Of a DNA stretch of 64,000 nt, positions 38,895-48,693 are shown in pieces. A program made the translations under genes and the position numbers. Source of the stretch: Longimicrobiales bacterium (lineage in GTDB: Bacteria; Gemmatimonadota; Gemmatimonadetes; Longimicrobiales; Gaopeijiaceae); assembly GCA_963664435.2 (NCBI GenBank), contig CAXXKM010000001.1, forward strand, positions 672,001 through 736,000. Direction: 5' to 3'. The notes beneath the pieces are model-generated. The model was not told where the DNA came from. It searched no databases and saw nothing but the letters and a program-made list of their open reading frames with translations. The stretch's first letter is position 1. Each line of letters begins with the position of its first letter.

Positions 38895-39878
38895 TCAGCG
38901 CTGCTGCCTCGCGGCCAATTGTGCCGCGCCGCTACGTCGCGCCAGCAATCGCTCGCCGTAGCGTTGGACCATCCGCGCACTCTTCCAACGCCCGGCCTGC
39001 AGGATCGCCGGCAACTCGATTCCGCAGGCAATCATGTCTTGAACCGGCCCCACGCGCGTGCTGTGCCCCGCCAGAGCGTCCACAGTGTCGGCGGGAATCC
39101 CGGCACGCAGGGCCATTGACTTGTAGATGCGGGGCACTTGACTCGGAGGGAGCTGCTCGCCCACAGAGCCGTCCTTGCGCACCGAACGGAACAACCGCCC
39201 ATCGGCGATTCCGCTGCGGCCAAGCCAGACCTTGACGATGCTCACCGTGTCGCGCGCGAGAAAGAGCATGGCGCCTGCCCCTTCGGGATCCGTCTTGCTC
39301 GTTCGCACGAGCAGCGTTGCGGAACCATCGGCTTCCTCCGCCAGATCCGACACGTCCAGCGACACCAGTTCGGATCGGCGCAACAGCGTGTCGTAGGCCA
39401 CGGCCAGCAGGGCGCGATTCCGCGCGTCGATCAGCCGCCGTCCCGCGGCCTTGATCAGTCGGTTCCGGAGCGGCCAAGTGAGCCCCGTCACCTGAGTTTG
39501 TCTGCGTCCCCGGTTCCGGTACATCCGCTGGAGGGCCAGCTTCACGGCCGTGCTGTCCGCCGGGTTCGGTAGGCGTAGCGTCTTGTGGAGCGTCGCGATG
39601 CTGGATACGTAGCGGCGCACGGTGGCCGGAGCCCTGCTGCTGCCCATGTCGTCGATGAAGGCGATCAAGGTGTTGGCGCTCGCGGGCGCGGCCACCATGC
39701 CGTCCTGCTGGCACCAGGCCAGGAATACCCGCAGGTCGGCCCTCAGCGCCCGCTCCGTGTTCCGGCTGAAGGCGCTGTTAACCGTCTCGAAGAAGCCCGC
39801 TAACTGCTCCGCCACGTCCGCGTCTGATTCTGCGCCGGTCAAGGAATCTATGTGTGGTTTCGTGTCTGCATCTGGCAT
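38895..39878 (-). CDS. Cre-like tyrosine recombinase
   Basis: N-terminal SAM-like core-binding domain (NTERALRADLRVFLAWC, APATVRRYVSSI), YDTLLRRSEL, SKTD, GHSTRVG and GRWKSARMVQRY (W for the second H, as in Cre). RBS GGAGG before ATG 39878. Confidence 0.9.
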   Translation of the reverse strand: MPDADTKPHIDSLTGAESDADVAEQLAGFFETVNSAFSRNTERALRADLRVFLAWCQQDGMVAAPASANTLIAFIDDMGSSRAPATVRRYVSSIATLHKTLRLPNPADSTAVKLALQRMYRNRGRRQTQVTGLTWPLRNRLIKAAGRRLIDARNRALLAVAYDTLLRRSELVSLDVSDLAEEADGSATLLVRTSKTDPEGAGAMLFLARDTVSIVKVWLGRSGIADGRLFRSVRKDGSVGEQLPPSQVPRIYKSMALRAGIPADTVDALAGHSTRVGPVQDMIACGIELPAILQAGRWKSARMVQRYGERLLARRSGAAQLAARQQR

Positions 39879-39912
39879 CGAGTGGCCTCCGGTTCGGTCG
39901 CAAGGACCGCGC

Positions 39913-39950
39913 GTTTTGCGCGCGATAAATCCAGTTATCGCGCGCAAAAC
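39913..39950. other. Right lox-like recombination site: GTTTTGCGCGCGATAA-ATCCAG-TTATCGCGCGCAAAAC
   Basis: Perfect 16-bp arms. Spacer ATCCAG is the reverse complement of the left spacer CTGGAT, so the two sites are inverted. Confidence 0.9.
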
Positions 39951-39979
39951 TCCCTGCGAAACAGGAGGCGAACTCGAGA

Positions 39980-42556
39980 ATGAACATGATTGGTCAAAGG
40001 ACTAAGCTGGACGGATTGGCGTGCCTCGCGCGTCCTTGGCAGGCGACACTCGCCCTGGCCCTCGCCCTGCTGGCGGGCACCGGGACTGCTGCGGCACAGG
40101 ACACCATGCCCCCGGGGCTGGAGTACGCGAGGATCGACGGGACGACGCTGACACTCCGATTCGATAAGCCGGTGGGGTTAGGGATGCCCAAGCAGGTCGT
40201 GCACGGGTTCACGGTCGCCGGGATCTCGGACAGCGCCAGCGTGCATCCGACTACGATGAAGTGGGACAGCCGGACGGCCACACTCGAATTCGGCACGCGC
40301 GCGGAACCGGGGCAGACGGTCACGGTGAGCTACGATCCGGACGAGGTCCCCAACTCGCCCCCCACTCCGGAGCACCCGAATGGGCTGCCCGCGGCCCTGG
40401 TCTACACCGACGGCACCTGGGTGCCGAAGTTCTCCGACGCGCCGGTGACCATCCTGGCTCCGAAGCCCGCGACGGACCTCACGTTTTCGAACCAGTTCGG
40501 GTTGACAGTCGATCTGTCCTGGACGCAGCCCGTCCACCCCGAGGGCGTGGTCGCCAAGGTGGTAGTTGACGTGTCGTCAGACTCGCTTTTCTACACGATT
40601 GGACGTTGGCCAATCCATGCGGACTCGACCTCGATAACAATGATGATAGAACACGGATGGGGTTACACTGATTACTTCCGCGTCCGGTACTTAACCGACA
40701 ACTATCATGCGGATTCCGAGGTCGCGACGTGGACGAGTACGCAGGAGGGTCTGAAATCCCCCACCGGCTTGACGGCGTCGAACGCGACGCAGACAACGGT
40801 CGACCTAGCATGGACGCTACCGGATCAGGCCGTGTGGGTAGCGCAGGCGGCGTCGGTGGGTGAGGTCTGGAGCGAAGTGCAACAGCAGCAGGCGGATGGG
40901 ACCTGGAGCAGGGTGGCGAAGCTTGCCGCCGACGCGGTGGCGCACACAGTGACCGGACTGAGCGCCGGGACGGCCTACAGCTTCCGTGTTTTGCTCGATT
41001 CGCGCAATAACTTCGCGGACTCGGAGCCCGTGTCCGTGACCACCTTGGACGACAGGCCACCGCTGACGGCGGCGTTCCACGATGTGCCGGCCACGCACGG
41101 CGGCAGGCGCGCCGACTTTAGCTTCGAGCTTCGTTTCAGCGAGAACTTCCCGGGGAAGCTGCCCTACAAGAAGCTCAGAGACGAGGCGCTTAGTGCGACG
41201 AACGGCAAAGTGACGCGCGCGCGCCGGGCGGCGCAGAACCAGAACCAGCGCTGGATCATCACGGTGCGGCCGCTCTCGTCCGAGGACGTGACCGTGACGC
41301 TGGCGGCGACGACCGATTGCTCGGCGGCAGCCGCGATCTGCACGCCGGACGGTCGACCGCTGTCGAACTCCCCCTCGGCGACGATCCAGGGGCCGTCGGC
41401 GCCGGAGGCGACCGGCGTGAAGGTGTCATCGCACGCCGGCGCGGACAGCACCTATGTCTTGGGCGATACGATTCGCGTGACGCTGACTTTCAGCCAGCCG
41501 GTGGAGGTGACGGGCACGCCGCAGCTGAAGATCGACATGGACCCGGCGCACTGGGGCGAGAAGTTGGCCAGCTACGAGAGCGGCGGAGGGGACGACATGA
41601 CGTTCGCCCACGTGGTGGTGGAGCCTAATCTTTCAACCCAGGGGATCGCGGTGCTCGCGAACACACTTCGGCTCAACGGCGGCACGATCAGGTCCAAGGC
41701 GACAGGTGCGGACGCCGACCTGGCGCATGCCGGGCTGGCCCACGATCCGGCCCACAAGGTGGACTGGCGGCAGTCGGCGAGCTCGGGTGACGTGGCCAAC
41801 GGCGACGTGGTGGAAGACCCGTCGGTTCTCGCGGACGAGGCGCTGGCCGTAGCGGACGGGTTGAGCCCGGACGAGGCCGCCGCGGCGCTGTTCGGTGAGG
41901 GGACGCTCAGCGAGGCCAGGCAGGCCGCGCTCGACCTTCTGGGCAACCGGAACGGCGGCTACGATCTCGGGGACCTGCTCTCCTGGATCGAGCGCTGCCG
42001 AAGAGGTGAAGCCCGGTGCGGAGGAACACCTACCGATTCCAGTCCCACTTCGGGCGCCGCCCTCATCGGGGCTGCGGCAGCCGGACGGCGGGGGAACTCC
42101 AGGCGCCGCGGGCGCTCACGCGTCCGCGGCACGGGTCGCCGGGCGGGCAATGCCGGATGGGCGCTCACCGTGCTGCTCGCAGCCGCAATGACTTGGTCGT
42201 GCACCGGTGATGCGATGGCGCCAACCGCTCCGGCCGCCACCGTACCGGATCCGGGTCTCCTGACGGTCGAGTGGAGTGGGCCGGCAGCGAGAGCCGATAT
42301 CGGCGTCCTGCTGGAGTTGGAGGGTCCCACAATCGACGCCGTGCGAGCTCCCGGTCTCGAGCTGTACGAATCCGGAGCAGAGGAGCGCCATCAGATCGTC
42401 GTGGCGGGCGTCCTCCGGCCGGGTCCCCTCATGCAGTTCCACGTACCGGACCGCAACCAGTTCTCTCTGTACCGGGTCCGCGTCCTACAGGTCACGGGTG
42501 AGGGCTACGGGCTCCGGGACCCAACGGAGTACCGGGCCGTGGTCGTCACGAACTGA
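39980..42556 (+). CDS. Secreted multidomain surface protein (signal peptide, SwmB-like Ig fold, two FN3-like domains, EF-hand/dockerin-like motif)
   Basis: Signal peptide LALALALLAGTGTAAAQD; IDGTTLTLRFD...GQTVTVSY; PTGLTASNATQTTVDLAW...VTGLSAGTAYSFRV; LDLLGNRNGGYDLGDL. RBS GGAGG at 39964. Confidence 0.8.
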   Translation: MNMIGQRTKLDGLACLARPWQATLALALALLAGTGTAAAQDTMPPGLEYARIDGTTLTLRFDKPVGLGMPKQVVHGFTVAGISDSASVHPTTMKWDSRTATLEFGTRAEPGQTVTVSYDPDEVPNSPPTPEHPNGLPAALVYTDGTWVPKFSDAPVTILAPKPATDLTFSNQFGLTVDLSWTQPVHPEGVVAKVVVDVSSDSLFYTIGRWPIHADSTSITMMIEHGWGYTDYFRVRYLTDNYHADSEVATWTSTQEGLKSPTGLTASNATQTTVDLAWTLPDQAVWVAQAASVGEVWSEVQQQQADGTWSRVAKLAADAVAHTVTGLSAGTAYSFRVLLDSRNNFADSEPVSVTTLDDRPPLTAAFHDVPATHGGRRADFSFELRFSENFPGKLPYKKLRDEALSATNGKVTRARRAAQNQNQRWIITVRPLSSEDVTVTLAATTDCSAAAAICTPDGRPLSNSPSATIQGPSAPEATGVKVSSHAGADSTYVLGDTIRVTLTFSQPVEVTGTPQLKIDMDPAHWGEKLASYESGGGDDMTFAHVVVEPNLSTQGIAVLANTLRLNGGTIRSKATGADADLAHAGLAHDPAHKVDWRQSASSGDVANGDVVEDPSVLADEALAVADGLSPDEAAAALFGEGTLSEARQAALDLLGNRNGGYDLGDLLSWIERCRRGEARCGGTPTDSSPTSGAALIGAAAAGRRGNSRRRGRSRVRGTGRRAGNAGWALTVLLAAAMTWSCTGDAMAPTAPAATVPDPGLLTVEWSGPAARADIGVLLELEGPTIDAVRAPGLELYESGAEERHQIVVAGVLRPGPLMQFHVPDRNQFSLYRVRVLQVTGEGYGLRDPTEYRAVVVTN

Positions 42557-43144
42557 CAACCCCCACCAAGATGGGTCCCCCGACGCGCCCGACGAGGTCC
42601 GAGTGCGTCGGGGGGGCCACGCCCGCAGCGGCCGGGGCGCGCGCAGGTGTCGCGCGTCCCGGCCGCTTAAGGGTTGCACCAAGCAGCGCCTTCTTGAGGG
42701 GCCGGATGATGCCGGGTTGTCCAGTAGAGCCCGCGTCACTGCCAACCCCGACTTCCCGTCCCGCCATCCCCGCACCAGCGCACGTCGGTCCGCTGGCGCC
42801 GTAGGGCCGTCTGCCAGCCGCGCATGCGATGAAGCGCGCGGCCCGTCCGCGAACGCCATCCCTCTCCGGGCCGGGAATCGACCAGCTCCACTAGCGTCGT
42901 CCTCTTCCCAGCCACCGCCCGGCCTCGCGAACGGCATCCCCTTCCCGCGAACGCTCGACTTCCGTCGTGCCGCCCGGCGCGTGTCCCGAACCGGTCGCAC
43001 CTGGGCCGGGCTCCGTCGGTCGAGCCTCGCACGCCACCCCCGCTCTCGCATCCCCTCCCGCCTTCCGGAGGTGTGCGCCGCCGCACTGGCGACGGGCTCC
43101 CGGACGTCGCGGACAACGTCGGATAACTACTTACACCACGGACA

Positions 43145-43162
43145 CTTAGGAGATCTCCTAAG
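43145..43162. promoter_or_regulatory. Perfect 18-bp palindrome CTTAGGAGATCTCCTAAG next to TTGACT, candidate operator of the transfer operon
   Basis: Exact palindrome with TTGACT at 43165-43170, upstream of the first ICE gene. Confidence 0.6.
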
Positions 43163-43225
43163 AGTTGACTTCCTGGAAAAGGTCCTTTCAACGTTACGGG
43201 CCTTGACACGGCTGGATCGGCTCTC

Positions 43226-43777
43226 ATGCAGACCCTGGAGGAGCAATTCAACAGACGGCTGAACGCGTTCCTGGCCAGCACGGGCATGTGCCCGACGACG
43301 CTCGGCATGATGGCGGTGGGCGACCCGAGCCTGTTGCGCCAGATCGAGCGGGGACGCTCGCCGTCCCTCAGGACGGCGGACCGGATTCTGGCCTTCATGG
43401 CCGCCTACGAGGCGGACTCGGGCGGGGCGAGAGATCCGCCCGCCCGGCCTGCCGCGCCGAGGCCGGCGAGACGGTGGAGGAAGACGAACCGGAGCGGAGC
43501 GATGAGGAAAGACCGGAGGACTGCGAGAACGAGGCCGACGATCCGTTTCCTGCGGATCTCGGAAGTCGAGGCGCTGACCGGCCTGTCGCGGACCACGATC
43601 TACGACTGGTCGGCGGACGGGCGCTTTCCCCGGGCGGTCCGGCTGAGCGGGCGCGCGGTGCGCTGGATCGAGTCGGAGGTCCTGGAATGGATGGATGAGC
43701 GGATCGAGCACGACCGGGTCGGGGACGACGCCCCGGCGCCGACACCACAACTGACTCCCGAGGAGGAGAGCGAATGA
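43226..43777 (+). CDS. HTH-AlpA fusion regulator
   Basis: N-terminal Cro-like segment (PTTLGMMAVGDPSLLRQIERGRSPSLRTADRI) plus AlpA domain (FLRISEVEALTGLSRTTIY...FPRAVRLSGRAVRWIESEV). Confidence 0.8.
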   Translation: MQTLEEQFNRRLNAFLASTGMCPTTLGMMAVGDPSLLRQIERGRSPSLRTADRILAFMAAYEADSGGARDPPARPAAPRPARRWRKTNRSGAMRKDRRTARTRPTIRFLRISEVEALTGLSRTTIYDWSADGRFPRAVRLSGRAVRWIESEVLEWMDERIEHDRVGDDAPAPTPQLTPEEESE

Positions 43778-44061
43778 GAACGTTGTCGAGAACGCTGAAG
43801 GTGGCCGCCTGGGCCGCGCTGCTGGCGCTGACGCCGGGTGTGCTCTGGGCGCAGGGGACGAGCCCATGGGTCGAGGCGGTGGACGAGCTACAGACGCAGT
43901 TCACGGGTCCGATCGCGCGCGGGCTGTCGCTGATCGCGATCGTGGTGGGCGGGCTGATGTTCGCGTTCGGCGAAGGCGGCAGCAAGCGCACGCTGGCCGG
44001 GATCATCTTCGGGATCGGGATGGCCGTCGGTGCCGTGAACTTCCTGGCCTGGCTGTTCTGA
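43774..44061 (+). CDS. virB2: TrbC/VirB2 pilin
   Basis: Signal peptide, SPW...FTGPIARGLSLIAIVVGGL and two hydrophobic helices; first gene of the T4SS operon. Confidence 0.85.
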   Translation: MRTLSRTLKVAAWAALLALTPGVLWAQGTSPWVEAVDELQTQFTGPIARGLSLIAIVVGGLMFAFGEGGSKRTLAGIIFGIGMAVGAVNFLAWLF

Positions 44062-44366
44062 TGCGGGGACTGAGGCGCTGGGCGGGCTACGCCGCGCTCA
44101 ACCGGCCGCTCACCGTTCTGGGCGTCGAGCGGCGGCTGTTCCTGCTGGGCGCGACGCTCGCGCTCTCGGTGTGGAACGCGACGGCCTCGCTGGTGGCGGG
44201 CGGCGTGATCTTCGCCGGCTGCTACGGTGCGGGCTGGCTCGCTGGCCGGAAGGACCCGGCCATGCTCGCGGTGCTCCGTGCGGCGTCGCGCCACCCGGCG
44301 CGGTTCGATCCGGGCAAGTGGGCGGCTGAGCCCTGGCACCTGAAGGTCCGGGGAACCGGCGAGTGA
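44061..44366 (+). CDS. virB3: VirB3/TrbD family protein
   Basis: ALNRPLTVLGVERR, two TM segments and KDP; lies between pilin and VirB4. Confidence 0.8.
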   Translation: MRGLRRWAGYAALNRPLTVLGVERRLFLLGATLALSVWNATASLVAGGVIFAGCYGAGWLAGRKDPAMLAVLRAASRHPARFDPGKWAAEPWHLKVRGTGE

Positions 44367-46810
44367 GGGTCGCCGAGGAGCTTCGGGCGCACGAGGCGGC
44401 GGGCTCGCTGGCCGAGGAGCTGCCCTATTGGGGCTGGCTCGACGATGGCCGCACCTGCCTGGCGCGCTCGGGCGAGTTGATCGCGGCCGGCCGGCTGTTG
44501 CCCGCCGCCGTGGACGGGCGCACGCCGGAGCAGGTCGACCGGGTGCTGGGGCTCTGGCAGCGGCTTCTGTCGGGACTCGACCCGAGCGCGCGCCTCTACT
44601 TCTATCTGCTCCGGCGCCCGGCGGCGATGGCCGATCCGGCGGCTGCGAACGTTTCCGAGATCGCGTCCGTCTCGGGGCGTAAACGCCGTTCGTTCCTGGC
44701 CCGGCGGGTGCAGCGGCTGGACGCCTACGTCGTCTGGTCGCTCGGGTCCGCTCTCCGTCCGGTGGCCAGGCGCACGCGGTCCGGACCGCTGGCCCGGCTC
44801 GCCCGGCTGCGCAAGCGCCGGAAGAAAGGCGCGCCGACGTACCTCGCCTCCGAGGTCGAGGCGGCGGCGGACCGGTTCCGCGCGATGGTCGAGGCGGGCC
44901 GCTCGCTGGTGGCCGAGCACACGCCAGTCGAGATGCTGGAGGCCGTGGAAGCGTCCCGGCTGCTGTCGGAACTGATCAACCGCCCGGGCATGGCGTGGGA
45001 CGGCGCGACGGGCAGCGGCATGAACTGGCGGCTCGCACTGTCGGAGCTGGAGGCCGAGCGCAGTCACCTGAAGCTGGACGGCGAGCCGTTGATCCTCTAC
45101 TCGCTGTTGTCACCGCCGGGCCAGGCCCACGCCAACCTGCTCAAGGATCTCTACTGCCTCGATGCCACGTTGACCGTCTCGCTCGAATGGCGGCCGTGGA
45201 CGGTCGAGGCGGCCAGGCGGCGGATCCGGGGCGCGCAGCGGCACTACTTCTCGCGCCGCTACTCGATGATGGCGCACGTGCAGGAGACCGAGGGCACCGC
45301 GTCGGCGATGGTCGACTCGGCCGCCGCGGTCGAGTCGGACCGGCTGGGCGCCGCGCTCGTCGAACTCGAAGCCGACGGCGTGGCCTACGGCGAGGCGGCG
45401 CTCACCGTCGCGCTCCACGGCGAGCTTGAGGATATCGAGCGGCTGGACGGCGACGTGCGCCGCCTGTTCGCCGCGCACGACGCGAAGGCAGTCCGCGAGG
45501 GCTACGGCCAGCTGCCCGTCTGGTTCTCGCGGCTGCCGGCCCAGCCGCGCAAGCGGCAGGTCAGGACGGCGTTCGTCTCGGCCGGGCTCACCGCTTGCCT
45601 CGCGCCCGTGTTCGGGCCGCCGAAGGGTTCGGCCCGGTGCAAGCACCTGGACCGCGAGTCGCTCGCGGTGCTGGAGACGCCTTGGCGCACGGCGTACCAC
45701 TACGACCTGTTCCGTGGCGACGTGGGCCACACGCTGATCCTGGGCGCGACGGGCTCGGGCAAGAGCTTCGCGCTCAACTTCCTGCTGGTCGAGGCGCTCA
45801 AGTACGGTCCGCGCGTGCTGATCCTGGACCTGGGCGGCTCCTACCGCTGGCTGACCCGGTTCCTCGGGGGTTCCTACCTCGAGCTCACGCCCGGCAGCGA
45901 CGCCGATTCCGGGCTGAGCCTTCAGCCGTTCGCGCTGCCCGCGGGCACGCGCACGTTCCAGTTCCTGACCGGCTGGGTGCTCCGGCTGCTGAGGCTCGGG
46001 GGCTACGAGCCGACGGGCGCGGACACGAGCGAGATCCGCTCTCGGATCGAGGACCTGTACGCGCTTGGAGCCGAGCGCCGCACGCTGAGCGTGCTGACCG
46101 GCTCGCTTCCCGCCGCCATGTGGCCGGCGCTCAGCCGCTGGACCGGCGACGGCGTCTGGGGCCGGTTCTTCGACAACGCGCCGGTCGGCGGGGCCGACCT
46201 CGAGTTCCGCGACTGGCAGGTGATCGACCTGGCGGGCGCGGCGGAGCACGCGGACCTGTGCGAGGCGGCGCTGGCCTACTTGCTCGAACGGATGCGGCTG
46301 GAGATTGAGGACCCCCAGGAAGCCGCGCGGCTCAAGCTGATGGTCGTGGACGAGGCGTGGCGCTACCTGGCCGACCCGGCCGTGCTCGCCTATCTGGCCG
46401 AGGCCGCGAAGACGTGGCGCAAGAAGAACGCCGCGCTCGTGCTCGCCACCCAGTCGGCCGTGGACATGACCGGGACGTCCGGCGCATCGGCGCTGCTCGA
46501 GTCGATCCCGACGAAGCTGTTCCTGGCGAACCCCGAGTTGCCGGACGAAGTCGGCGTCGTGTTCCGGCTGAACGAGTCGGAGGTCGGGCGGATCCGGGAG
46601 CTGACGCCCAAGCGCGAACTGTATCTCCGGCGCCCGGACGAGGCGGCCGTGCTCCGCCTCGAAGTCGATCCGGAGAGCTACTGGCTCTACACGTCCTCGC
46701 CGCTGGACGCCGAGCGGCGGGCCGAGGCCGTCGAGAGACACGGACTCGCCAAGGCGCTCGAAGTCCTGGCGAACCCCAATCCCCAACCCACTACCCCAAG
46801 GAGGACATGA
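44363..46810 (+). CDS. virB4: VirB4/TrbE ATPase
   Basis: GHTLILGATGSGKS, VVDEAWRYL and KTWRKKNAALVLATQS. Confidence 0.92.
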   Translation: MRVAEELRAHEAAGSLAEELPYWGWLDDGRTCLARSGELIAAGRLLPAAVDGRTPEQVDRVLGLWQRLLSGLDPSARLYFYLLRRPAAMADPAAANVSEIASVSGRKRRSFLARRVQRLDAYVVWSLGSALRPVARRTRSGPLARLARLRKRRKKGAPTYLASEVEAAADRFRAMVEAGRSLVAEHTPVEMLEAVEASRLLSELINRPGMAWDGATGSGMNWRLALSELEAERSHLKLDGEPLILYSLLSPPGQAHANLLKDLYCLDATLTVSLEWRPWTVEAARRRIRGAQRHYFSRRYSMMAHVQETEGTASAMVDSAAAVESDRLGAALVELEADGVAYGEAALTVALHGELEDIERLDGDVRRLFAAHDAKAVREGYGQLPVWFSRLPAQPRKRQVRTAFVSAGLTACLAPVFGPPKGSARCKHLDRESLAVLETPWRTAYHYDLFRGDVGHTLILGATGSGKSFALNFLLVEALKYGPRVLILDLGGSYRWLTRFLGGSYLELTPGSDADSGLSLQPFALPAGTRTFQFLTGWVLRLLRLGGYEPTGADTSEIRSRIEDLYALGAERRTLSVLTGSLPAAMWPALSRWTGDGVWGRFFDNAPVGGADLEFRDWQVIDLAGAAEHADLCEAALAYLLERMRLEIEDPQEAARLKLMVVDEAWRYLADPAVLAYLAEAAKTWRKKNAALVLATQSAVDMTGTSGASALLESIPTKLFLANPELPDEVGVVFRLNESEVGRIRELTPKRELYLRRPDEAAVLRLEVDPESYWLYTSSPLDAERRAEAVERHGLAKALEVLANPNPQPTTPRRT

Positions 46811-46814
46811 CGCC

Positions 46815-47322
46815 ATGAGGCTACCGATCGTCACCGCCGTACTGACGCTTCTGCTGGCCGCGTACCCCGTCGGCGCCCAGGAACACAAGGCCGCTGAGAA
46901 GCGGGATGAGGACGCGACGTTCCTTCGCGTGCCCGCCGCCGAGGCCGGCCAGGACCACATTTACTCTGTTCGCGCGCGCGTGAGGCACACGACCGTGATC
47001 GTGCTCCCGGCATCCGAGAGGATCCTCGACTTCGTTGCCGGCGACTCGGAGTACTGGCACCTGACGGGTGCGGCCAACGTCGCTTACCTCAAGCCCCTGG
47101 CCGAGGACGCGGCCACCAACATCGCGCTCGTCTGCGAGTCGGGCCGCATCTACTCGTTTCTGGTCTCGGAGCACGGCGACGAACCCCCGCACCTGGTCGT
47201 CCGGGTCGAAGACGGACTGGATGCCGCGGGCATGTCCGGCACCGGCCTTCCCGCGTTCGTAGCGCGGAGCGAGGTCGCCGCCTACCGGGAGATGGCCGCC
47301 GAGGCGGCCGAGTCGGCGACGG
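46815..47322 (+). pseudogene. virB9: VirB9/TrbG, N-terminal part (interrupted)
   Basis: Signal peptide, RARVRHTTVIVLP..E, YLKP and TNIALVCESGRIYSF; composition changes abruptly at about 47322. Confidence 0.8.
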
Positions 47323-47469
47323 TAGCCTACTCTGATCCAGTAACATCCAAGGGCGTTCCGAGTAGTACAGCATATCGTTGTTATACAACGCTTTATCCAG
47401 ACTCCGACTGCTTCTTGTGCTCTCGTCACGTTCCTTGACGTCCAATCCCATCCCACATATTATGAGGTA

Positions 47470-48693
47470 ATGGATGACGTAACCCGCACCCCCGCCCCGA
47501 CCCGGAAAACCAAGCCGAAGGGCCGCCACCCCCACAAGCGGCTCTCGGCTGCCTTCGTGCGCGCCGCACCTCCCGGGAGGCACTGCGACGGTAATGGACT
47601 CTACCTCTACGTTCAGCCGAGCGGTGCGCGCAGTTGGGTGCAGCGGCTCGTCATTCGTGGCCGCCGCCGCGACTTCGGACTCGGCAGCGTTGCCTTGGTC
47701 TCTCTCGCCGAAGCACGCGAGAAGGCGCGGGCCAACCGCAAGCTCGCCCGCGAGGGCGGGGATCCGCTCGCCGAACGGCGTCGTGCGCGGGGCGTGCCCA
47801 GCTTCGCGGAGGCGACGAGGATCGTCCTGAAGCAGAAGCAGCCCGGGTGGCGCAGCAAGGCGCACGGGAAGTACTGGCTGTCGACTCTGGAACGCTACGC
47901 CTTCCCCCGGATCGGCAAGATCGCGGTCTCGGAGGTGGCCACGGCCGACGTTCTGGAGATCCTGACCCCGATCTGGCACACGAAGAAGTCCACGGCCCAG
48001 TCGGTGCATCAGCGCATGGGCTCGGTGTTGGAGTGGGCGGTGGCGATGGAGTACCGGACCGACAACCCCTGCGACCGGGTCCGGCCGGTGCTCGGGCCAC
48101 AGAATCGGGTCGTGAAGCACATGAAGGCGCTCCCTCATAGGGAGGTTGGAGCGGCGATCAGGAAAGCGAGGAGGACGGACCAGATGCCGGTGGCGCGCCT
48201 GGCGTTCGAGTTTCTGGTGCTGACGGCGGCGAGGTGGGGCGAAGTGCGTTGGGCCGAATGGTCGGAGATCGACTTGGGCGAAGCGGTGTGGACGGTGCCC
48301 GCCACGCGCATGAAGGCGAAGCGGGAGCACCGGGTGCCGCTATGCGGGCGGGCGCGGGAGATCCTTGACGAGGCGCGAAGGCTGGGCGGAGAGGACTGCC
48401 GGTTGGTGTTCACGCGGTTGAACGGACGGCCGCTTTTCGAGAAGCGGCTGCGCCAGCTGCTCCAGAAGCACCGGATCGCCGCGGTGCCGCACGGGTTCCG
48501 GTCGTCGTTCCGGGACTGGGCCGCCGAGGAGACGGACCATCCCCGGGAGGTGGTCGAGGCGGCGCTGGCGCACGTGGTCCAGAACAAGGTGGAAGCCGCG
48601 TACCGGCGTACCGACCTGTTCGAGCGGAGGCGGCGGCTCATGGATGACTGGGCAGCGTATCTCGCGGCCGGGAGCGCGGGCACCGAGACCTGA
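47470..48693 (+). CDS. P4-type tyrosine integrase with arm-binding domain
   Basis: DGNGLYLYV..SGARSW, SLAEAR, LTAARWGEV, MKAKREHRVPL, HGFRSSFRDW and LAH...EAAYRRTD. Confidence 0.93.
   Translation: MDDVTRTPAPTRKTKPKGRHPHKRLSAAFVRAAPPGRHCDGNGLYLYVQPSGARSWVQRLVIRGRRRDFGLGSVALVSLAEAREKARANRKLAREGGDPLAERRRARGVPSFAEATRIVLKQKQPGWRSKAHGKYWLSTLERYAFPRIGKIAVSEVATADVLEILTPIWHTKKSTAQSVHQRMGSVLEWAVAMEYRTDNPCDRVRPVLGPQNRVVKHMKALPHREVGAAIRKARRTDQMPVARLAFEFLVLTAARWGEVRWAEWSEIDLGEAVWTVPATRMKAKREHRVPLCGRAREILDEARRLGGEDCRLVFTRLNGRPLFEKRLRQLLQKHRIAAVPHGFRSSFRDWAAEETDHPREVVEAALAHVVQNKVEAAYRRTDLFERRRRLMDDWAAYLAAGSAGTET

Noticed and set aside
42570..43100. GC-rich hairpins and four CATCCC motifs as iterons or ncRNA
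   Set aside because: Motifs are short and irregularly spaced, as expected by chance at this GC content.
8600..43226. Left att site of the ICE
   Set aside because: The right end lies outside the window, so no direct repeat can be matched; whether the defence island is ICE cargo is unresolved.
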